The notes under the pieces were generated by a model. That model worked only from the letters and a program-made list of their open reading frames with translations. It was not told where the DNA came from and ran no database searches. From Parasynechococcus marenigrum WH 8102 (lineage in GTDB: Bacteria > Cyanobacteriota > Cyanobacteriia > PCC-6307 > Cyanobiaceae), in the NCBI RefSeq assembly GCF_000195975.1, contig NC_005070.1, forward strand, positions 2,400,001 to 2,432,000: DNA of 32,000 nt, written 5' to 3'. Both the position numbers and the translations under genes were made by a program. Below, in pieces: positions 25,781-32,000 of this stretch (position 1 is its first letter; every line of letters starts with the position of its first letter).

Positions 25781-28752
25781 CAGGCAGCGATCAGTGGGAT
25801 CTCTGGCGGATGCTGCTCCAAAACACGGGCAAGGTATCTGCCTGTGTGACTGGTTGGATGCTGGGCAACCTCTTCCGGGGTCCCGGTCACCAGAAGCTCT
25901 CCACCCTTGTCGCCACCCTCGGGTCCGAGATCAATGATCCAATCGGAACAGCGAATCACATCCAAATTGTGCTCAATACAGATAATCGAGTTGCCCTTAT
26001 CAACAAGGCGCTGCATTACATCCATCAATTTATGGACGTCGTAAAAACTCAGACCCGTGGTGGGTTCATCAATCAGATAAAGGGTTTTCCCCGTCGCCCT
26101 GCGTGACAACTCAGTCGCCAATTTCACCCGCTGCGCTTCTCCACCGGAGAGGGTCGGAGCTGGCTGGCCAAGCTTCACGTAACCGAGGCCGACATCCACC
26201 AACGTGCGCAATCGATCCGCAGCCTGAGGAATTGCGTCGAACACTTCGGCGGCCTGCTCCACCGTCATTTGCAGCACATCGGCAATGGTGTACCCCTTGT
26301 ATTTCACCTGCAACGTCTCCCGGTTGAAGCGTGCTCCCTTACAGACGTCGCACTGGACGTAGACATCAGGCAGGAAATTCATCTCGATCACGTTCACGCC
26401 CTGACCGCGGCAAGCCTCACAGCGACCGCCCTTCACGTTGAAGCTGAATTGCCCCACCTGATAGCCGCGGGCCTTGGCCTCCACCGTGGCAGCAAACACC
26501 TGACGGATCGGGTCGAAAGCACCGGTGTAAGTGGCGGGATTGGAGCGTGGCGTGCGACCGATCGGTGACTGGTCAATCACGATCACCTTGTCGATTGACT
26601 TCAACCCCCGCAATTCAGCGAGTCCCTGCGGAAAGGGAACCTTCATCCCCAGGCCGTTCTCGAGTGCAGGGTGGAGCAATTCATTCACCAAGGTGCTCTT
26701 GCCGCTGCCGCTCACCCCGGTGACGGACACCAGCCGACCGAGGGGAAACTCCACACTGACGTTCTTGAGGTTGTTGCGGTTGCAATCGAGCAACTTGAGC
26801 GAACGGGTACCGCTCTGGCGTCGTTCCGCAGGTGTCGGAATCGAGCGGCGACCGCTGAGGTAGGCACCGGTCAGCGACGCTTCGCTGTTGATCAGATCTT
26901 CGAAACTGCCTTCCGCCACGATGTGGCCCCCATGCACGCCCGCGCCGGGGCCGATATCCACCACGTGATCGGCAGCACGGATGGTGTCTTCGTCGTGCTC
27001 AACCACCACCAGCGTGTTGCCCAGGTCTCTCAGGCGCACGAGGGTGTTCAGCAAACGATCGTTGTCCCGCTGGTGCAGACCGATGCTCGGCTCATCGAGC
27101 ACATACAGAACACCGGTGAGACCGGCACCGATCTGAGTGGCCAGACGGATCCGCTGCGCTTCTCCACCGGACAGCGTCATCGCCGGCCGATCCAGGCTCA
27201 GGTAGTCGAGCCCCACATCCAACAGAAACTTCAACCTCAGCCGGATCTCCCGCAGCACCAGATCACCGATCTGAATCTGGCGATCATTCAGCAATGGGTT
27301 GGCACCCTCATGGCTGCCAACCCCCATCAACTGCTCGATGCGGTCAAGGGTCTGACCAACGCTGACGGCCGTCAGCTCAGGAATGCAGAAAGGGCCCACC
27401 TTCACGGCGAGGGCTTCCGGCCGCAGCCGCTGACCGGCGCAGGCCTCGCACGGGACCAACTCAAGAAATTTCTCCAGCTTCTGACGCTGGGCCTCTCCGC
27501 TGGCGTCACGCAGCTGACGCTCAAGGATCGGCAGGATTCCCTCAAAAGGCCGGTTGTAGCCCGCCTTGCCCTTGCGGTAACGGCTATCGGCCTGAATCAG
27601 GATCGGTTCGCGACTGCCGTGCAGCAACACATCACGTTGCTCATCGGTGAGCTGGTTCCATGGAGTCTTGATCTCGAAGCCAAAGGCCTCTCCCACGGAA
27701 TAGAGCAAGGAGAAGTAATAGCTGTTGTCCTTTTCCGCCCAGGGAGCAACCGCCGAATACACCGGCTGAGTGGGATCTGGAATGACCCGATCCACAGTGA
27801 ATTTCCGCAGATGACCGATGCCGTGGCAGGCCTCACAGGCCCCATAGGGGCTATTGAACGAGAACAACCTCGGGGACAACTCGTCCATGACCGCGCCATG
27901 GACCGGGCAAGCGAATTTTTCGGAATAAAGGCGCTCTCGCTCCACACCATCGGGGAGCTCCTCTCCCTTCTTCGGCACAACTTCAACCAGGGCGAGTCCA
28001 TCCCCCCGTTTGAGAACGGTGCGCAATGAATCGGTGAGACGTTCCTGAATGCCGTCGCGGGCCACCAGCCGATCCACCACCACTTCGATGTTGTGGCTGT
28101 GGTTCTTGTCCAATTCGATGTTGTCCGCCAGCTCGCGGACCTCGCCATCGATGCGCACCCGGGCGAAGCCCTCAGCAGCGAGGCCGCTGATCATCTTGGT
28201 GTGGGTGCCCTTCTTGCCCCGAACCACGGGAGCCAGCAGCTGATAGCGGGTGCCCTCCGGCAGCACCAGGATCTGATCGACCATCTCGTCGATGCTCTGA
28301 GGACGGATCGAGCGATCACACTGCGGGCAATGGGGCTCACCAGCGCGGCCAAACAACAGGCGCAGGTAGTCCTGGATTTCCGTGACCGTTCCGACGGTGG
28401 AGCGGGGGTTGTGGCTGGTGGATTTCTGATCGATCGAAATCGCAGGAGACAGCCCCTCAATGGCGTCCACATCTGGCTTGTCCACCTGGCCCAGGAACTG
28501 TCGGGCGTAAGCGGACAAACTCTCGACGTAGCGGCGCTGACCTTCCGCAAAAATCGTGTCAAAAGCGAGCGAGCTTTTGCCGCTGCCACTAACGCCGGTG
28601 AACACCACCAGCTTGTTGCGGGGAATGGTGACGTCGACGTTCTTGAGGTTGTGCTGGCGAGCGCCACGCACCCGGATCACATCCTCCAGGCTGCCGCCGG
28701 ACAGATTCACAGGAGCCGTTCGATCCGTGCTCTTGGCAGCAGCTCGCACCAT
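25780..28752 (-). CDS. uvrA: Excinuclease ABC subunit A
   Basis: 990 aa. Two ABC modules (GVSGSGKSSLAFDT, GVSGSGKSTL, LSGGEAQR x2, LYVLDEPSIGLH, LYLIDEPTTGL) and zinc-finger Cys clusters (CPQC, CEAC..., CEACRGQG...CDVC). Confidence 0.97.
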   Translation of the reverse strand: MVRAAAKSTDRTAPVNLSGGSLEDVIRVRGARQHNLKNVDVTIPRNKLVVFTGVSGSGKSSLAFDTIFAEGQRRYVESLSAYARQFLGQVDKPDVDAIEGLSPAISIDQKSTSHNPRSTVGTVTEIQDYLRLLFGRAGEPHCPQCDRSIRPQSIDEMVDQILVLPEGTRYQLLAPVVRGKKGTHTKMISGLAAEGFARVRIDGEVRELADNIELDKNHSHNIEVVVDRLVARDGIQERLTDSLRTVLKRGDGLALVEVVPKKGEELPDGVERERLYSEKFACPVHGAVMDELSPRLFSFNSPYGACEACHGIGHLRKFTVDRVIPDPTQPVYSAVAPWAEKDNSYYFSLLYSVGEAFGFEIKTPWNQLTDEQRDVLLHGSREPILIQADSRYRKGKAGYNRPFEGILPILERQLRDASGEAQRQKLEKFLELVPCEACAGQRLRPEALAVKVGPFCIPELTAVSVGQTLDRIEQLMGVGSHEGANPLLNDRQIQIGDLVLREIRLRLKFLLDVGLDYLSLDRPAMTLSGGEAQRIRLATQIGAGLTGVLYVLDEPSIGLHQRDNDRLLNTLVRLRDLGNTLVVVEHDEDTIRAADHVVDIGPGAGVHGGHIVAEGSFEDLINSEASLTGAYLSGRRSIPTPAERRQSGTRSLKLLDCNRNNLKNVSVEFPLGRLVSVTGVSGSGKSTLVNELLHPALENGLGMKVPFPQGLAELRGLKSIDKVIVIDQSPIGRTPRSNPATYTGAFDPIRQVFAATVEAKARGYQVGQFSFNVKGGRCEACRGQGVNVIEMNFLPDVYVQCDVCKGARFNRETLQVKYKGYTIADVLQMTVEQAAEVFDAIPQAADRLRTLVDVGLGYVKLGQPAPTLSGGEAQRVKLATELSRRATGKTLYLIDEPTTGLSFYDVHKLMDVMQRLVDKGNSIICIEHNLDVIRCSDWIIDLGPEGGDKGGELLVTGTPEEVAQHPTSHTGRYLARVLEQHPPEIPLIAA

Positions 28753-28797
28753 CGGGCCCCGATCGAAAGCACATGAGCTTAAGAAGAAAGGCTGAAC

Positions 28798-30480
28798 TCA
28801 GGCTGAACGCTGGGCCAGGAGGCTGGCTGCATAAAGATCAGCCTGATCTCCACCCGCGAGTTCAGCCAGTTCCTGCTGGCGCTCGCGAGTGTCCCGCAGT
28901 CGGGACACTCGCGAATAGGTGACGCCTTCCTTCACCTCCTTGTTGATCCTTAAATGGTGATCCGCAGCCGCTGCCACCAGGGGTTGGTGGGTCACACAAA
29001 ACACCTGACGTTGCTCACCGAGGCTGCGCAACAAATCGGCCATCGCTCCACTGACGCGGCCACTGACGCCAGCATCGATCTCGTCGAACAGCAGCGTGCT
29101 GGAACCGTCCACTGCGGCAAGGGTCGTCTTCAACGCCAACAGAAAACGCGACATCTCACCGCCAGACGCCACTTCCACCAACGGTGCCAGTGGCTGACCG
29201 GGATTCGCGGAAAACAGAAAAGAGACAGCATCCGCTCCATGGTCTGCCGGTTCGGCATAACGCAGATCCACCTCAAAACGCACATTGGCGAGGCCCATTG
29301 GTGGCAACAGCTTGAGCAAGGAAGCCTGGAGATCGATGGCAGCCTGAGAACGGGCCTGTCGCAGGGCGGCATTGGCTTGATCCCGTTGCTGGCGTTGCGA
29401 CTGTTCGACCATCCGCAGCCGCTGAAGATCCGCTTCGAATCCCCTATCCCCCAACCGCTGCCGTAAACCATCGCGACGGTCGATCAACCCCGCCAGATCA
29501 AGGCCATGACGACGCTGCAGCCGCTTCAGTTCCGCCAGTCGCTCCTGAATCCGATCGAGATGCTCCGGGTCACTCTCCAAAGCCAGGCTGTAGTGATCGA
29601 GGGACCGCAGAAGCTCCTCAACATTCGCCTCCAGATCCAGAGCCTGATCCTTCACCCCCGTCAGGGAACCGTCCAGTTGAGCCATCACCTGCAGCTCCTG
29701 AACCGAAGCTGCGAGATGGTCCTGCAGTGACGGGGCCTGGTCCGCACCGTCCCTGAAACGACGAAACAACTGGGCCAGTCCCTCCTGCAAACGCACACCA
29801 TGGACCAATCGATCCTGGTCCTGTTCCAGCTGCTCCTGTTCACCAGGATCCTCCAGACCGGCCGCCTCTAGCTGCTCGAGCAAGGCCTCCTGCTCAGCCC
29901 TTTCCTCCTCGCAACGCTGCTGTTCCCGTTCAACCGCCTCAAGGGCCGTTGCTGATTCACACCACCCCTGCCAGGCCGCGGCCACATCAGCTCTTAATGC
30001 CGCCAGAGATGAACCCCCTAAACGATCCAGCCATTGACGCTGTTGCCCGGGCTTGGACAACAGCTGGGTCTGACCCTGCACCGTGAGATCGATCAACAGC
30101 GGCCGCAGGGACAACAGCTGCTGACGGTTGACCGGCGTGCCATTGAGCCGCGAACGGCTGGACCAACGTTCGCCGTCCAGACGTTTCCATTCCCGGCTGA
30201 CCAGAAGCTCGTCCTCCGACTCGAAATCCCCGTCGGACAACCAAGCCCGCAGAATCGGCGTGAGCTGAAAACTGGCTTCGATCCGCGAGCGCTCGGATCC
30301 CTCGCGCAGCAAGCGCTGGCCAGCAGATCCCTGAGCACCACCCAGCACCGCATCAAGGGCGTCGAGGAGGAGCGATTTTCCAGCACCAGTTTCACCGGTG
30401 AGCACCGTGAAACCCGATCCAAACTCCAGTTCGAGCCGATCGATCAGGGCGATGTTCTGCAGCTGCAGACCGGTGAGCAC
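28798..30480 (-). CDS. recN: DNA repair protein RecN
   Basis: GTG start. MLTGLQLQNIALIDRLELEF...LTGETGAGKSLLLDAL Walker A, a long central coiled coil, and C-terminal SGGEMSRFLLAL ... LLFDEIDAGVSG. Confidence 0.93.
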   Translation of the reverse strand: MLTGLQLQNIALIDRLELEFGSGFTVLTGETGAGKSLLLDALDAVLGGAQGSAGQRLLREGSERSRIEASFQLTPILRAWLSDGDFESEDELLVSREWKRLDGERWSSRSRLNGTPVNRQQLLSLRPLLIDLTVQGQTQLLSKPGQQRQWLDRLGGSSLAALRADVAAAWQGWCESATALEAVEREQQRCEEERAEQEALLEQLEAAGLEDPGEQEQLEQDQDRLVHGVRLQEGLAQLFRRFRDGADQAPSLQDHLAASVQELQVMAQLDGSLTGVKDQALDLEANVEELLRSLDHYSLALESDPEHLDRIQERLAELKRLQRRHGLDLAGLIDRRDGLRQRLGDRGFEADLQRLRMVEQSQRQQRDQANAALRQARSQAAIDLQASLLKLLPPMGLANVRFEVDLRYAEPADHGADAVSFLFSANPGQPLAPLVEVASGGEMSRFLLALKTTLAAVDGSSTLLFDEIDAGVSGRVSGAMADLLRSLGEQRQVFCVTHQPLVAAAADHHLRINKEVKEGVTYSRVSRLRDTRERQQELAELAGGDQADLYAASLLAQRSA

Positions 30481-30555
30481 GCCATCCCCGGTGGTGATGC
30501 CGACCGTAGCGACGGCTCGCGTCGTTTAGAAGGGGTGCACCAAACCCCTTTAACG

Positions 30556-32000
30556 ATGACAGCGGAGCTTGGGGATTTCATCGAAGCTGCTGGTCTGCTC
30601 GAGTACGACCCCGCTGCCATCACCAGGATCTATGCCGGTCATCCCCAGCGGCTGATCCGCCGCCTGTGGCAGACCCTTGTCCCAATCGGATTGCTGCTGC
30701 TCGGCGTGGCCTTCGACTGGCTGTTCCAGCTGCTGAAGGATGAAGAACGGGCCCGGAGCCGCGCCCGCGAATGCGCTGAACTGCTGGTGGATTTGGGACC
30801 CGCCTTCATCAAAGCTGGCCAGGCCCTGTCCACCCGACCCGACATCGTGCCTCCTTTGTTGTTGGAGGAACTCTCACAACTGCAGGATCAATTGCCGGGT
30901 TTCGACAGCGATCTGGCCATGGCTTGTATCGAAGAGGACCTCGGTGCTCCGGTTGATGAGCTCTATGAGCAGCTCGACCGGGAGCCGATCTCTGCAGCCT
31001 CACTGGGGCAGGTGCACCGCGGGGTTCTCAACAATGGTCAGAAGGTTGCGGTGAAAGTCCAGCGACCCGGTCTGCGCGAACAGATCACGCTGGATCTTTA
31101 CATCGTCCGCAACATCGCCGCCTGGTTGAACAGCAATATCGGCCTGATCCGCAGTGACCTGGTTGCCCTGATCGATGAATTAGGCCGTCGGGTGTTCGAA
31201 GAGATGGACTACCTCAATGAGGCGGCTAACGCTGAAAAATTCGCTGAGCTGCATCGCCACAATCCTCGCATCGCTGTACCGGCAATCTTCCACGAGGCCA
31301 CCAGCCGTCGGGTACTGACGATGGAGTGGATAGATGGGGTGAAGCTCACCAATCTCGATGCGGTCCGTGAGCTTGGCATTGACCCCGACGACATGGTGGA
31401 TGTCGGTGTGAACTGCAGCTTGCAGCAATTGCTGGAGCACGGCTTCTTCCATGCCGACCCTCATCCGGGCAACCTGCTGGCCCTTGAAGATGGCCGGCTC
31501 TGCTACCTGGATTTCGGGATGATGAGTGAAGTCAGCCGTGAGTCCCGCACCGGATTGATTCAGGCGGTGGTGCACCTGGTGAACCGCAACTTCGGAAAGC
31601 TCTCTAAAGACTTCGTCACCCTTGGTTTCCTCGCGGAAGACGTCAATCTCGAGCCGATCGTTCCGGCATTCGAATCCGTATTCAGTCAGGCCCTGGAAGC
31701 TGGGGTCAATCGCATGGACTTCAAGGCCGTGACTGACGACATGTCCGGTGTGATGTACAAATTCCCCTTCCGCGTCCCGCCCTATTACGCACTGATCATC
31801 CGCTCCCTGGTCACGCTTGAAGGCATCGCCTTGAGCGTCGACCCACAGTTCAAGATCCTTGGCGCCGCGTATCCCTATTTCGCCCGGAGATTGATGGAGG
31901 ATCCCGATCCGCAATTGCGGCAGAGCCTCAAGGAAATGTTGTTCGACGGTGACGCATTCCGCTGGACACGTCTGGAAAATCTGGTGTCCAGTGCAGCCAG
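30556..32000 (+). CDS. ABC1/UbiB (AarF) family atypical kinase, N-terminal ~480 aa (runs off the window end; absent from the ORF track because no stop is reached)
   Basis: Hand translation from ATG 30556: LVDLGPAFIKAGQALSTRPDIVPPLLLEELSQLQDQLP, ISAASLGQVHRG, VAVKVQRPG, LTMEWIDGVKL, FFHADPHPGNLL, YLDFGMM. These are canonical ABC1 motifs. The antisense ORF 31180-31914 is rejected. Confidence 0.9.
   Translation, partial: MTAELGDFIEAAGLLEYDPAAITRIYAGHPQRLIRRLWQTLVPIGLLLLGVAFDWLFQLLKDEERARSRARECAELLVDLGPAFIKAGQALSTRPDIVPPLLLEELSQLQDQLPGFDSDLAMACIEEDLGAPVDELYEQLDREPISAASLGQVHRGVLNNGQKVAVKVQRPGLREQITLDLYIVRNIAAWLNSNIGLIRSDLVALIDELGRRVFEEMDYLNEAANAEKFAELHRHNPRIAVPAIFHEATSRRVLTMEWIDGVKLTNLDAVRELGIDPDDMVDVGVNCSLQQLLEHGFFHADPHPGNLLALEDGRLCYLDFGMMSEVSRESRTGLIQAVVHLVNRNFGKLSKDFVTLGFLAEDVNLEPIVPAFESVFSQALEAGVNRMDFKAVTDDMSGVMYKFPFRVPPYYALIIRSLVTLEGIALSVDPQFKILGAAYPYFARRLMEDPDPQLRQSLKEMLFDGDAFRWTRLENLVSSAA

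Noticed and set aside
25900-26100. A local GC dip (about 45 percent by hand count) inside the uvrA 3' region, which might hint at a foreign insertion.
   Set aside because: The segment encodes the highly conserved C-terminal ABC signature/Walker B region (LYLIDEPTTGLSFYDVHKLMDVMQRLVDKGNSIICIEHNLDVI). The low GC follows from its Ile/Asn/Lys/Asp-rich composition. The reading frame and colinearity with UvrA are uninterrupted.
30481-30555. SOS/LexA-type operator in the recN / ABC1-kinase divergent spacer and upstream of uvrA (28753-28797).
   Set aside because: I found only an 8-bp palindrome GGTGCACC (30533-30540) and a weak GGGGT/ACCCC hairpin. Nothing resembles a spaced LexA-type inverted repeat, and there is no comparable element upstream of uvrA.
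1-32000. A search for a tRNA, rRNA, small RNA (Yfr1-type ACUCCUCACAC motif), CRISPR array, HIP1 (GCGATCGC) enrichment, transposase or integrase, phage gene, toxin-antitoxin pair or defence gene.
   Set aside because: None found. Non-coding gaps are at most 185 nt and lack tRNA-like arms or spaced repeats. I noticed only one GCGATCGC (near 12445). Every large ORF is accounted for by a housekeeping family. The window is therefore treated as ordinary core genome rather than an accessory island.

Overview
This window reads as a gene-dense, high-GC stretch of core chromosome from a marine Synechococcus-type picocyanobacterium. That assignment is an inference from the gene content: psbQ, a Tic20-like protein, a two-domain sucrose-phosphate synthase, DUF1400- and DUF3134-like proteins, and a group-1/2-type sigma factor. 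About 27 protein-coding genes are supported, nearly all housekeeping. In window order they are: a partial sigma-70 factor, a phytol-kinase-like protein, class I DAHP synthase, acnB, a ClC channel, a radical SAM protein, a Wzy/O-antigen-ligase-like membrane protein, purU, psbQ, a thiO-like oxidase, pstS, dnaK, aroE, a Tic20-like protein, rpsF, argG, mraY, purT, sucrose-phosphate synthase, a secreted DUF1400 alpha/beta hydrolase, uvrA, recN and a partial ABC1/UbiB kinase. A few small hypothetical ORFs lie between them. I could not recognise any tRNA, rRNA, CRISPR array, transposase, integrase, phage gene, toxin-antitoxin pair or defence-type gene. The longest non-coding stretches are about 120 and 185 nt. 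I therefore do not see a convincing novel multi-gene system here. The points worth a second look are local. (1) A thiO-like gene has its FAD-binding motif upstream of any canonical start codon. (2) A chain of start/stop-overlapping small ORFs between mraY and purT includes a 52-aa membrane ORF absent from the ORF track. (3) A lower-GC interval between rpsF and argG is bracketed by two very strong hairpins. (4) Functionally unrelated genes appear translationally coupled (uvrA to the secreted hydrolase, purU to the Wzy-like protein). (5) Several convergent gene pairs overlap at their 3' ends. (6) An AT-rich, repeat-bearing spacer lies upstream of sps. Many long antisense ORFs in the track are GC-driven artefacts.
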